Notes: a model not told the origin generated them from the letters alone. Positions 29,848 to 39,586 are shown, numbered from the stretch's first letter. The stretch is 48,929 bases of DNA from Brooklawnia sp. (GCF_049651565.1 NZ_JBASCI010000120.1:1-48929), one strand, 5' to 3'. Program-made: numbers and translations.

Positions 29848-32800
29848 CTACAGCGCGATGCGCTTGTCGTCGTTGAGGGCCTGGAGCAGCGCGGTGCGGA
29901 GCGCATCGAGGTAGCGGTCTACGTCGTCTTCGGTCTCCAGTACGCCGTGGATGCCGGTGGCGCTGATGCTCTTGACCGAGACGGTCTGCTTCACAGGAAC
30001 CGGCGAGACCGCTGTGTCGTCGTCGCGAGGACGGGGGTTCTCGGCGAGTTGGTCGAGGATGGTCGGGTAGGTATGTTCCTCGAAGGTGTTGGCGATCTCG
30101 CGGACGACGGCGATCTGGCTCTCACGGCCGATCCGGTCGAGGATCGTGTTGACTTTCTGGGTCGCGTTGCGCTTGGTGGCGTCAGTGGCGTCGAGGTAGA
30201 TCGTGCTGGTTTGGAGGGGCGCCCAACGTGAGTCGATCTCCAGGAGCGCAGCGTCGCGGTTCGCGAGAAGCGCCTCGCTGATGCGCGCCTCAAGCTCGAC
30301 TGCGGCGGCTTTCAACTTGGTCATCCGGTTGCCACGGAAGGCTTGCGGGTCGGCGAGGAGTCCGGCCACCTCCTGGCTGCTGCCGGCGGGCAGATAGTTG
30401 AGGTTGTTGGCGTTGGTCGTGAGGAGTTCGCTTGCCTCGTCGTAAATCTTGCGCTGGGCGCCGCCGAGAAAGGCTTGGATGGGGTCGATGATGTCTGTCT
30501 TCGCGTCGAGCAGGTCGTCGGTAGCGGCGAAGTCGGTCAGGTACCAGTCATCGGGCTTGCCCACGACAGAATCCAGCAGCGCGATCGGAGCTTCGAGCTG
30601 AGTCACGAAGGGGTACTTGGAGCCGCTGACTCGCGCCTTGAGTTCTTCACTCTTGGCGCGGAGGCGCTCGCTTGTGTGCCGGGCCAGTTCGAGCGGGTCT
30701 TTCGGCACGGCGGGTTCATCGAAGAAGTCCGTGCAGAAGGCCCGAAGCGTGGCGACCTTGCGCTGGTCGAAGGTCTTCTGAGGTGCGACGACGGCGTGGG
30801 AGTGCTTCTGTGTGTTGCGCAGTGCTGCCGCGATTTCGCTGCGCTTGAGGATATTCGAGTCCACCGTGAGAGTGATCTTCGAGGTGCCGACGAGCCAGGC
30901 GACGACGCACTCGATGGAGGCGAGGTCCCATCCGTAGGGCTTGGCCTGGAAGTGATCGACGATCTTCTTGACGGTGATCTGCTCCCCGAGACGGTCGCGC
31001 TGCAGGACGTACGACAGCACCTCATCTGCCGGGGCCGCGAGCGCGTGCATTGAGGAGTCGTCAATCATGGCGGCTTGGTCGGGGTTCGCGAACCCGGCAA
31101 CCTGCTGCTCGCTGTAGGTGCGTCCACCGAGCAGGCTGAGCTGCGTGTAGGTACGCGCGATGAGGTCTTGGAACCCCTCGGTGATCCGCGTGACTGCTTC
31201 CTGCGACCCGGATGTGAGGTCTGCGGCGTTGATCACGAGATCGGCTCGCCCGACGGCGCGGCGGATTCGCTCTACAAGCTCCTTCTCGCGCTGCGCGTTT
31301 TGAGTCGCCTTGGCGCGCAGAATCTGCTCCTCGACCGGAGAGAGTGAACTGGTCTGCTTGCGCTTCGTGTACTTCTCGGTCTTGATCAGCAGCCGCAGGT
31401 CGGCCAGCACCCGGTCGTCCGGGGCGAGGACCACGCGCAGTTCGTCCTTGCCCGCCGAGTGCATGCGAATCTCCTCCGGCCCGTAGGGGTACTCGGGAGT
31501 GATGAAGTGCAGCGAGAGCTCGCGCTGCTGACCGAACGCTTGGTCGTCGAGCTTGTATCCGAATGGGAAGTCTTGCCCGTTCTTCGCGTACCGGAGTTTG
31601 GAGGTCTTGACCACATCGCCGGAGAGAATCTTGTTCAGCCGAGTGGAGACCTCAGATGAGTCGATCTCGACGTTCTTGATCTCTTCCTCGATTACCTGCT
31701 CTTCGTTGGTCAGGTACTCGTAGACGTTGCCGTTGCGCTGTACGTACGTCTGGGTTTCCAGGAGCGTGAGCGCGTCTTGAACCTGCTTGGACAACGCGGG
31801 CAGGTCGAGTCCGAATCGGTCGTAGACCAGCACTGTTAGGTTGCGCGGAGTGGCCTGGAAGCTCTCGACGTATTTCACCAGGAACAGTGCCTTGAGCAGT
31901 CGCACGGCGAGCTTGGTGACTGGTGAACCGCTGTCGGGCAGGTCGCGCTCGGCGCGGTCAATCGAGCGCTGTGCCGCGGACTTCAACGACGCGCGGATAC
32001 CTGCGAACATGGCGTCGAAGGTGGCCAACGTGCCGATCTCGACATTGCCGATGTCCTTGGCGACTTGCTGGACGACGCCGAGCATGGAGCGCTCACCAAC
32101 GGAACTGTTGCGGCCCTCGAAGACGTTGTGGTCGGAGATGCCCTCGATCGCGGCCTGGAACAGCGGGAACTGGTAGCTCACGAACGGGTAGGTGCCGACG
32201 AAGTGGGTCTCGTCTGTGAAGTTCCGGTAGGTCTTCGCTCCATCGACGAAGTCGAACAGCGTCTTGAAGTTCGCAGACTCCTGCGCGTAGACGGCTTCGA
32301 GCACCTGGGTGCCCTTGTCGTTCTTCTCCAGCAGTCGCTTGCGGATGACCTCTTCGACGTCTGCGGAGGTGAGCTTCACTCGGGTCTTGAACCGGGCCTG
32401 AATCTTCGAGAAGTCGTTGCCCTGCTGTTTGGTGCGGTCGCCGACGACCTTGTCCATGTCCTCCTGGGAGGTCACGAACACCCACGCCCGTCCGCCGCAC
32501 TTCGTGTTCAGCGACTCGGCGATCGTCTGAAGGTTCAGCATCAGATGCGTGTTCGAGCCGATGAACTGGCCGACCTCATCCACGAAGAAGTTCAACCGGT
32601 ACCCTGCGGGCTGCTTGTCTAGCCAGGTGCGGACCTCGTCGGCAAAGTCCTCGATCGAGACCGAGTAGGTGTCCTGGTAGGTCTTCAAGATGTCGGGTGC
32701 GGCAGATGCGTCGAGGCCGGTGATCTGGGCGTACGCCTCGTTGACCTGCTTGCGCACGGTCGGAAGGCCGAAGCTCGGCCGGCGCTCCATCCACTCCCGG

Positions 32801-33369
32801 CCCGACACAGCTTGAAATGCGCTCTTGAACGCATCGAGTTGCCCCTCGTCGTCGAGCTGGCGCTCGAAGCGGGCGATGTGTCCCTGGTCGCCGTAGTAGC
32901 CGCGAGACTCGTCGAAGACCTTCACGAACACGCGTAGGAGGGCGTCGGTCTGATCCTTGCTGATCAGGGTCGCCTTCTGATCGATGTTGAACAGCAGACT
33001 CTTCGCCGGGATGCGGTCGGCTCTGTCGAGGAGGGGTGGGAGGAAGGCATCCGTCGCCTTGGCGCGGAAGCTCTCCGAGACGCGCTCGCGCGGGAAGTCG
33101 TCGCCCTCCACATCGCCGAGGAGGTGCGCGAGCATCTTCAACAGGTGCGACTTGCCGGAGCCGAAGAAGCCTGAAATCCAGACACCGTTCGCGTTGGTGT
33201 AGTTCGTGTATGCCTCAAGCAGCAGTTCCAGTCCCTTGGCGGCTTCATTGGTCAGGACGTACTCGTCGACCTCGGTGCCCAGGTGTGCAACGTCGTCAGC
33301 CTTGATGACGCCCTCGATGGGCCGCTGGACGTCCTTGGCGAAAATCTCGGTGAGGTGCATAACGGTCAC
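29848..33369 (-). CDS. brxC: BREX P-loop ATPase BrxC
   Basis: RPIEGVIKA, WISGFFGSGKSH, FFVDEVGQFI, VTSQE and FSKIQARF motifs. Confidence 0.95.
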   Translation of the reverse strand: MTVMHLTEIFAKDVQRPIEGVIKADDVAHLGTEVDEYVLTNEAAKGLELLLEAYTNYTNANGVWISGFFGSGKSHLLKMLAHLLGDVEGDDFPRERVSESFRAKATDAFLPPLLDRADRIPAKSLLFNIDQKATLISKDQTDALLRVFVKVFDESRGYYGDQGHIARFERQLDDEGQLDAFKSAFQAVSGREWMERRPSFGLPTVRKQVNEAYAQITGLDASAAPDILKTYQDTYSVSIEDFADEVRTWLDKQPAGYRLNFFVDEVGQFIGSNTHLMLNLQTIAESLNTKCGGRAWVFVTSQEDMDKVVGDRTKQQGNDFSKIQARFKTRVKLTSADVEEVIRKRLLEKNDKGTQVLEAVYAQESANFKTLFDFVDGAKTYRNFTDETHFVGTYPFVSYQFPLFQAAIEGISDHNVFEGRNSSVGERSMLGVVQQVAKDIGNVEIGTLATFDAMFAGIRASLKSAAQRSIDRAERDLPDSGSPVTKLAVRLLKALFLVKYVESFQATPRNLTVLVYDRFGLDLPALSKQVQDALTLLETQTYVQRNGNVYEYLTNEEQVIEEEIKNVEIDSSEVSTRLNKILSGDVVKTSKLRYAKNGQDFPFGYKLDDQAFGQQRELSLHFITPEYPYGPEEIRMHSAGKDELRVVLAPDDRVLADLRLLIKTEKYTKRKQTSSLSPVEEQILRAKATQNAQREKELVERIRRAVGRADLVINAADLTSGSQEAVTRITEGFQDLIARTYTQLSLLGGRTYSEQQVAGFANPDQAAMIDDSSMHALAAPADEVLSYVLQRDRLGEQITVKKIVDHFQAKPYGWDLASIECVVAWLVGTSKITLTVDSNILKRSEIAAALRNTQKHSHAVVAPQKTFDQRKVATLRAFCTDFFDEPAVPKDPLELARHTSERLRAKSEELKARVSGSKYPFVTQLEAPIALLDSVVGKPDDWYLTDFAATDDLLDAKTDIIDPIQAFLGGAQRKIYDEASELLTTNANNLNYLPAGSSQEVAGLLADPQAFRGNRMTKLKAAAVELEARISEALLANRDAALLEIDSRWAPLQTSTIYLDATDATKRNATQKVNTILDRIGRESQIAVVREIANTFEEHTYPTILDQLAENPRPRDDDTAVSPVPVKQTVSVKSISATGIHGVLETEDDVDRYLDALRTALLQALNDDKRIAL

Positions 33370-33965
33370 GGTTCCTGTTCCAGAATGTTCTTGGCGCGGT
33401 AGTACTGGTCGTCCTTCAACCTGCCGAACAGCACGAGCGACGAGCCGAGAGTGTCGGACTGCTCGTAGCGGCCGGGGAAGAACATGAGCATCGGTTTGCC
33501 CACAACGACGCTCTGCAAGTTGTTGAGCACGTTGTGGGAACGGATGTAGGGGAACACCTCACCGATCCCGGTGAGGAACACGATGTCGAACCCACCATCA
33601 GCGAGCCGTTCCCGGATCGCGGGCGCGAGATGCTGCTGTGGGTTGAGCATTGACTGCAACATCTCGGTGAACTCCGCCTTGTCGAGGTCGGGCTCCACTT
33701 CGAGAACCTCGTCCCAGTCGCCACGCTCTTTGAGTACGTCGACCGACAGGTCGTAGAGGTTGATCTCGCGGACCTCGATGCCCTTGCTGGCCAGTCGGTT
33801 CTTGACCCGTTTCTTCGCCTTCGCTACGTCGAGGGCGTGCTCGGGCTCGTATGGGTAGATGAAGAACGGGACCTCGTTCGACAGGCCTTCCATCTTGAGG
33901 AAGCGCTCGCCGCTGAGCACCGCGAACAGGTGCTCTTCCTGGCGAGTGAGTTCGCTCGGCGTCAC
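33366..33965 (-). CDS. brxB: BREX BrxB (DUF1788)
   Basis: GLSNEVPFFIYPY, VFPYIRSHNVLNNL, FFPGRY and QYYRA motifs. GTGA overlaps at both ends. Confidence 0.93.
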   Translation of the reverse strand: MTPSELTRQEEHLFAVLSGERFLKMEGLSNEVPFFIYPYEPEHALDVAKAKKRVKNRLASKGIEVREINLYDLSVDVLKERGDWDEVLEVEPDLDKAEFTEMLQSMLNPQQHLAPAIRERLADGGFDIVFLTGIGEVFPYIRSHNVLNNLQSVVVGKPMLMFFPGRYEQSDTLGSSLVLFGRLKDDQYYRAKNILEQEP

Positions 33966-34579
33966 AGCGCACCCTCCTTGCTGTCTCGGGTCGGGAGGAA
34001 CCGAACGTCGCTCGGTGTCTGGGCTTCGAACGCCTCGCGGACGCGCTCGGACAGGGTGGCGTGGACGATCTCGCCGTTAGCGAGCAGCCCCGCTTCCGTC
34101 AGCATTCGGAACACCGTCGATCGGAGCTTCTGCAACGTGGAGTCCTTCACCTCAGCGAGTTCCGGGTGCCAGAGCGTCTTCCCATGTACGAAGCTGTCGA
34201 AGTCCCCGTAGCCCAGCGCTGGCGTGAACAGGAGGAACCGCTCCCGCACGACCTCCTCGGCGAAGTCACCGATGAGCGCATAGTGGCGACAAGCCGCCAC
34301 CCACATCAGGTGACCGCGCTCGCTCGGGCTCGTATCTCTCAGCAACTCCAACTCGTCGTCGGTGAGTGCCGCCAGGCGCTGCGCCACCTCGCGTGCCAGC
34401 CGGAACCCGGACGAGCTGGTTCGCGCCTGGAGCAGGTTCTCAGTGCGGAGCCGCTCTCGGACGATTCCCCAGTCACGAGCTTCCAGGTAAAGAGGTGCGG
34501 CGATCACTGCTTCTCGGGTCAGGAGGGCACCGCTGGTGAACGACAGCGCGTAGCGGTCGTGCGCGGAGATGCTGTTCAT
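33962..34579 (-). CDS. brxA: BREX BrxA (DUF1819)
   Basis: YALSFTSGALL, ENLLQART and STLQKLR..VFRMLTEAGLL motifs. SD GGAGG. First gene of the brxABC block. Confidence 0.92.
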   Translation of the reverse strand: MNSISAHDRYALSFTSGALLTREAVIAAPLYLEARDWGIVRERLRTENLLQARTSSSGFRLAREVAQRLAALTDDELELLRDTSPSERGHLMWVAACRHYALIGDFAEEVVRERFLLFTPALGYGDFDSFVHGKTLWHPELAEVKDSTLQKLRSTVFRMLTEAGLLANGEIVHATLSERVREAFEAQTPSDVRFLPTRDSKEGAL

Positions 34580-34669
34580 CGGGAGCCTCCTTCCGGGATT
34601 TGGGCAGTGGATCAGGATATGGGGTGCCACCGACAAAGCGTCAGCAGCGGCTCAAACTGAGCGGAACGA

Positions 34670-34870
34670 TCACCCTGGCGGGGATGGGTCAGAGTCGGCG
34701 GCTGCGCCGCCTCGGCGTACCCAGTCGTCGATCTCACTCGCTTGGAACTTCCAGAGGCGGCCGACCTTGTGTGCGGGCATGGCCTTCTCGGCGATCCAGG
34801 TGTAGACGGTGTCTTTGGTGACCCCGAGGTGGGCGGCGATGTCGTCTGCGGACAGCCACGGCTCAGCCAC
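34670..34870 (-). CDS. Small excisionase-like HTH_17 DNA-binding protein upstream of BREX
   Basis: 66 aa: WLSADDIAAHLGVTKDTVYTWI...PAHKVGRLWKF. SD GAGGGAGG. Candidate -10 TACGAT at 34918-34923. Confidence 0.88.
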   Translation of the reverse strand: MAEPWLSADDIAAHLGVTKDTVYTWIAEKAMPAHKVGRLWKFQASEIDDWVRRGGAAADSDPSPPG

Positions 34871-34996
34871 GTTGGTCCTCCCTCGCACTCCGTGACCCGG
34901 GCGGGCCAACAGCTTCCATCGTACCGGGAGTTGTGCCGCTTGAACTGGGTTTGTCCGGGCGTGGCCGAACGAGATAGGTGCCGCGAGTCGAAGTGG

Positions 34997-36133
34997 TCAG
35001 GGCCTGAGCTGTCCACGGAGCCAGGCTGTCACTGCGGAGCGCCACCGCTCAGGATCGGAGTTCCAGGCGAGCGTGTGGTCGGCGTCGAAGGTCTCCAGTG
35101 TCATGAGGTCGGGGCGCTGGTCTCGGAGTGCTTGTGAGAGCCGGATGGGTGCGGAGCTGTCTCTTATGCCGTGGAGGATCAGCGTGGGTGTGGTGAGCTC
35201 GGCGGCGCGAGTGATCCAGTCAAACTGGCGGAGCGGGACCGGCTCGGGCAGCCCAAGCTTGCTCGCGAGCGGCCCGGTGCTGAGCCACGGGACGGCGAGG
35301 TGTCCGGCTACGCCTGGGAGTCCACTGCGGGCGCAGTTAGCTTTGATCGTCTCGGTCCAGTCGAGGACGGGCGAGTCAAGGACGAGTGCGGCGATGAGTC
35401 CGTCGTGGCGCGGGCGGGCGGCGAGCTGGAGGGCAATGGTGGCTCCCATCGACCAGCCGAACAGGACGATCTGTTGGGCTCCTTGTCGGACGGCGTATCC
35501 GATGGCTTCGTCCACGTCGGCGGTCTCGGTGTGGCCGAGGGTTGAGCGGCCGGTGCCGACGCGCGGGCCTTCGGCGGTGTTGCGGTAGGTGACGATGAGG
35601 GAGGTGTAGCCGAGTTCGGTGGCGACTTGGGCGCCGCGGAGGGTCCCGGCGCGGGTGCTGCCGAGTCCGTGGATGTGGATGGCCCAGGCCGAGGGGTCGC
35701 CGTCGATGCCCCAGGCCGGGTACGGACCCGCAGGGCTGGTGATGGTGATGTCGCGGGCGTTGAGTCCGGCGTCGACGGGGGTGGCGTAGTAGATCCCGCT
35801 CCACGAGGCACGGTCTCCGGCCACGAGTCTCAGTCCTGGCGATGTGCCGGTGACAGTGCGGGTGATCCGACCTGGCCTACGATCGGCCGCTTCTGGGGAG
35901 AGCTGTGCCCAGCCGCCGCGTTCGAGCCAGAGGTTGTAGATGCCGTCGGTGGTGGTCTGCGGGGTGCGGTCGAGCACGACCCGTTGCGTCTCACCGTCGT
36001 GCTCGATGTCGTGGATGGTGAGGTCGAAGATGCGAGGGCCAACTGGTGCGGTGAGGCGTCGTGCGATGGTCCAGCCGGTGCCGAGTGCACTGGCCGTGAG
36101 GAGCCCGGCTCCCAGAGCGATGCCGTACTTCAC
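34997..36133 (-). CDS. Alpha/beta hydrolase with an N-terminal membrane anchor or signal
   Basis: HIHG, nucleophile elbow GWSMG, ILHG.RD and ADHT motifs. GTGA overlap with the upstream membrane gene. Confidence 0.88.
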   Translation of the reverse strand: MKYGIALGAGLLTASALGTGWTIARRLTAPVGPRIFDLTIHDIEHDGETQRVVLDRTPQTTTDGIYNLWLERGGWAQLSPEAADRRPGRITRTVTGTSPGLRLVAGDRASWSGIYYATPVDAGLNARDITITSPAGPYPAWGIDGDPSAWAIHIHGLGSTRAGTLRGAQVATELGYTSLIVTYRNTAEGPRVGTGRSTLGHTETADVDEAIGYAVRQGAQQIVLFGWSMGATIALQLAARPRHDGLIAALVLDSPVLDWTETIKANCARSGLPGVAGHLAVPWLSTGPLASKLGLPEPVPLRQFDWITRAAELTTPTLILHGIRDSSAPIRLSQALRDQRPDLMTLETFDADHTLAWNSDPERWRSAVTAWLRGQLRP

Positions 36134-37170
36134 AAGGGACGCTCCTCCTGGTGCGGAGCGCCGATGTCCGCGTCGTCCAAGTCTTGTGGCGGCTCGGTCG
36201 GCGTCGGCGCGCTCTGATCATGGCCGATGAGGTGCTGTTCGGCTTGTTCGAGCAGGGCGTGTTCGGCGTCGGTGATGGTGAATGTGATTCGGGAGTCGAT
36301 CATGGCGTCGCGTATCTCGACGATCTCGCGGTGCAGGCGACCTTCCGGGTCGTCGCTCGCGGAGATTGGTTCTGCTTGGCTGAGGCCGGGTCGCACTCGG
36401 GTCGCCTGCTGCCAGAGCGGTTCGAGCCGGTCCGCGAGGGCCGTGGTGCTCCGACGGCGGGCGTAGTGCTGGGCGCGGCGGACGACAGGTTGCGCGACGA
36501 AGCCCGCACACAGGAACAGGAAGGTCAGCAGCGACAGCGGTGAATAGATGGGCTGCACGGCGCGCATCAGGGTGATCTGGCCTGTCGTGTGGGCGATGTC
36601 CATGGTGAGGACTGCGAGGCAAAGCATGACACCGAAGGCCGAGCCGAGGGTCAGGAGCGCGGCGGGGAGGCGATGGATACCGTGGTTGCTCCGGTACTGG
36701 CGGGCGGCGAGGACCATCATGGTCGCGATGACGATGCCGCCGTAGGCGAAGTTGATGATCGAGTAGGTCGCGGTGGCGGGTTGGGCGCCGAGGTCGGCCA
36801 TGAACCGGGTGGTCGTAGTGCCGCGGTCGATGAACGAGAACGCGATGGTGATCGCGGCCAGGGAGGCCAGCAGGGTGGGGCAGCTGACGACGGCCCGCAC
36901 GAGCTGGGGTCGGTACTCGCCGGTGCGCATGACACCTCGGCCGAGGAAGAACAGCCCGATCATCAGCAGCGCGTCGGCGATCAGGGTGGCGATGTTGGTG
37001 CTGCCCAGGACCGGATCGACGGCAGCGTAGACGGCATCGACGTTCAAGGTCATGGCGATCGCGATGGCGATCGCGGCGTAGGTGATGCTTCTGTCTGCGC
37101 GTTTTCGGCGGACGATGAGCAGGCTCGCCACGAGCGCCCACATCAGGGCCGCGACGAGGGTCTGGGTCAT
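36130..37170 (-). CDS. 7-TM membrane protein with a cytoplasmic tail (MAB_1171c/DUF6545-like)
   Basis: Seven hydrophobic segments followed by L.PLW...RLHREIVEIRDA, the tail pattern of this family. Confidence 0.75.
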   Translation of the reverse strand: MTQTLVAALMWALVASLLIVRRKRADRSITYAAIAIAIAMTLNVDAVYAAVDPVLGSTNIATLIADALLMIGLFFLGRGVMRTGEYRPQLVRAVVSCPTLLASLAAITIAFSFIDRGTTTTRFMADLGAQPATATYSIINFAYGGIVIATMMVLAARQYRSNHGIHRLPAALLTLGSAFGVMLCLAVLTMDIAHTTGQITLMRAVQPIYSPLSLLTFLFLCAGFVAQPVVRRAQHYARRRSTTALADRLEPLWQQATRVRPGLSQAEPISASDDPEGRLHREIVEIRDAMIDSRITFTITDAEHALLEQAEQHLIGHDQSAPTPTEPPQDLDDADIGAPHQEERPL

Positions 37171-37631
37171 CCGAACACCTCCAGGTAGCCCGACTCGGCA
37201 AAGGTGTGTCCTCGGATGCCTGCGGCAAGTCGGTCGGCGAGGGCTTCGGCGGTGATCTCGGTTTCGCAGTCGAGGTCTCGCCGCTTGAGGAGGCGTCCTC
37301 GCGTGTAGGGCGGGATGTTGGGCAGCAGCGCGTCGGCGGCTGCGCAGTCCTCGCCTTCGCAGTGGCCGAGGATCATGTGGGCGAACTCGTGCAAGACGAA
37401 CTGCTGGCGGTGCAGGGCGGAGTCACTGGGTGCGTGGAGCACGACATCCTCGGTCTCGCCGATCAGCCAGATGGCGCAGAGTCCGTCGCTGGTGTCGAGG
37501 TCTTGGAGTTCGTGTACGCGGAGGGTGCGCTGGCGTCGAGCCTGGATCGCGTGGATGAGGTCGTCGAGGGTGAAGGTGTGGCCGAGCTGGAGGTCCGCGA
37601 CGGCCGCCGATACGGTCTGTTCGATATTCAC
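37167..37631 (-). CDS. ImmA/IrrE-like HExxH metallopeptidase
   Basis: CAIW, HRQQFVLHEFAHMILGH and E..AE..A motifs. Confidence 0.8.
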   Translation of the reverse strand: MNIEQTVSAAVADLQLGHTFTLDDLIHAIQARRQRTLRVHELQDLDTSDGLCAIWLIGETEDVVLHAPSDSALHRQQFVLHEFAHMILGHCEGEDCAAADALLPNIPPYTRGRLLKRRDLDCETEITAEALADRLAAGIRGHTFAESGYLEVFG

Positions 37632-37692
37632 GGTGCGCCCCTCTCGGTGGAGAGCACGTGGCCGGAATCGGCGTCGCGTTGCGCGATACCTG

Positions 37693-38124
37693 TCAGTGCT
37701 CAGGCATGTGTGTCATTTCCTCGTCCAGGAACTTGGTGATGGCGTGGAGTGCTTTCGGTGAGATGTCACCGAGGGTACGGGCGGCGTAGGACTTCACCTT
37801 CGCCGCGCGCATGGAACGAACGAGGTCGAGCTGCGCGGTGACCTTCTCCGGCGTGGTGGCGCCGTCGGCTCCCAGGAGGAAGTCGGTATCGACATCGAAG
37901 TAGGCGGCGAGCCCCTCGAAGACGGCGGGGTCTTGGACGTGGCGGTGGCCGTTGATCATGTACGTCCAGCGCGAGCGCGACAGGTTGACGCCGCGTTCTT
38001 TGAGGAAGTCCGCGATCTGCGAGTAGGTCGGCTCTGCGCCGGACTCGGCCTCGGCAACGTCCATCAGGAGCCGCAAGCGGTTGGCGAGATCGACTGCCGC
38101 AGCCTGGCTCTCTTCTTCGGGCAT
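37693..38124 (-). CDS. XRE/EspR-like HTH regulator
   Basis: LANRLRLL...TYSQIA...LSRSRWTYMING...GLAAYFDVDTDFL. SD AAGGAGG. The real start is the ATG at 38124. Confidence 0.8.
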   Translation of the reverse strand: MPEEESQAAAVDLANRLRLLMDVAEAESGAEPTYSQIADFLKERGVNLSRSRWTYMINGHRHVQDPAVFEGLAAYFDVDTDFLLGADGATTPEKVTAQLDLVRSMRAAKVKSYAARTLGDISPKALHAITKFLDEEMTHMPEH

Positions 38125-38187
38125 GGCCGCTGACCTCCTTTCCCTCGTGGCGGGCAAGGCATCGCTGTTGTCCACCCCAAAGGGCGG

Positions 38188-38291
38188 TTGTGCATGCTCA
38201 ACGCTACACGTTGAGCATGCACAAATCAAGGCTTGCGCATGCTCAACGGTCGTGCTCCAATGGGAACTCCGACCCGTTTGAGCATGCTCAA
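38188..38291. promoter_or_regulatory. Four copies of the 14-bp palindrome TTGAGCATGCTCAA over the XRE promoter (TTGATT-N17-TAGCGT, minus strand)
   Basis: Copies at 38188-38201, 38211-38224 and 38233-38246 (1 mismatch each) and 38278-38291 (perfect). -35 at 38224-38229 and -10 at 38201-38206. Confidence 0.85.
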
Positions 38292-38512
38292 TTGCCTGCT
38301 TGGGTGGGTCGTTCTCGCCAGAGAGGAGGCGAACGATGCTGGCTCTAGCGCCGTCCCCGCGCGGCTCCGCGCGCAGGCGCGCCGCAATGCCAGGCCGCCC
38401 AGTAGGGCTGACCCGGCAGGTTCGCTCCGGCCGTGGCGGGAGGGGTTGCCTACCTCGTAGGTGTACCGCCGCGCCCACGAGTGTCGTGGTGGTCGCGAGA
38501 GGAGACCCGGTC

Positions 38513-39586
38513 ATGGCATCGACACCCGAGCAGCGGGCGGCGCGTGAGGCGAAGCTCGACGAGCTGCACGAGAAGCTGACGGGCGCGGTCGAGCAGCTCG
38601 TCTCCGGTGACGACTGGCGCGAGGCGCTTGCGTTCGCTGCGAGGTTTCGTAGTCGGTCGTTCAACAACACGATGCTGATCTGGGTACAGCACCAGGTCGC
38701 GTTCGAGGCCGGCCGCGTGCCCGAGCCGTTCCCCACGCTCGTGGCCGGGTATCGGCAGTGGCAGGCGCTGGGGCGTCAGGTGATGAAGGGCCAGCCGGGC
38801 TACATGATCTTCGCCCCGGTCACCGGCAGGTTCGCCACCTCCACACCGTCGGATTCTGGTTCGTGGCGGCGGCTGGGACCGCGAGAGAACCCGAAGCCCG
38901 GTGAGGTGGTGCGCTCCCGCATGGTCGGTGCGCGCCCGGCGTACGTGTGGGATGTCTCCCAAACCGACGGCGACCCCCTCCCCACCACGCCAACGCCCGT
39001 GCTGCTGGAGGGCGAAGCCCCCGCAGGCCTGTGGGACGGCCTCGCCACGCAGATACGGACCGCGGGGTTCGAGGTCGTCTCGGTGCCGGACGAGATGGCG
39101 ATCATGGGTGCGAACGGGATGACCGACTACGAGGCCCGGACGGTGTCGGTGCGGGAGGACATGTCTGCGGCGGCACGGGTGAAGACGCTGGCGCATGAGC
39201 TCGCGCATGTGATGATGCACGACCCCGACGATGTGGAGGTGCGGCAGCATCGCGGTATCCGCGAGGTCGAAGCCGAGTCCGTCGCGCTGATGATCGGGGC
39301 CGCGCACGGCATGACCACCGACGGCTACACGATCCCGTACGTCTCGACCTGGGCCGCCCGCGCCGACGACAAAGAACCCGCACAGATCGTGCAGGCCACC
39401 GGCGAACGAGTGCGGAAGACGGCGCTGGCGATCCTCGACCAGCTCGATACTCCGCAGCTCGGCGATGGCACCCCGCTTGGGCTGGAACGAGATACCCCGA
39501 CCGCGAAGCCGACCCGCGCGGTGGCTCGGTCGGTTGAGCCTGATCGGCCACATGCCGCGCCGGTCTTGGCGGGACGGGGGCTGTGA
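38513..39586 (+). CDS. ardC: ArdC-like ssDNA-binding/antirestriction protein with a zincin domain
   Basis: RSFNNTMLI..Q, AGYRQWQALGRQV.KG, VWDVSQTDG, TLAHELAH and EVEAESVA motifs. SD GAGAGGAG. Confidence 0.85.
   Translation: MASTPEQRAAREAKLDELHEKLTGAVEQLVSGDDWREALAFAARFRSRSFNNTMLIWVQHQVAFEAGRVPEPFPTLVAGYRQWQALGRQVMKGQPGYMIFAPVTGRFATSTPSDSGSWRRLGPRENPKPGEVVRSRMVGARPAYVWDVSQTDGDPLPTTPTPVLLEGEAPAGLWDGLATQIRTAGFEVVSVPDEMAIMGANGMTDYEARTVSVREDMSAAARVKTLAHELAHVMMHDPDDVEVRQHRGIREVEAESVALMIGAAHGMTTDGYTIPYVSTWAARADDKEPAQIVQATGERVRKTALAILDQLDTPQLGDGTPLGLERDTPTAKPTRAVARSVEPDRPHAAPVLAGRGL

Noticed and set aside
34670..34870. HTH gene as marking an int/xis module and element boundary
   Set aside because: No integrase, tRNA or att-like repeat is nearby, and backbone genes lie on both sides.
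38188..38291. Repeats as a mini-CRISPR or an encoded peptide repeat (EHAQ in ORF 37693..38736)
   Set aside because: The 14-bp units are irregularly spaced over a promoter. The XRE gene has a strong SD at ATG 38124, so the upstream extension is spurious.
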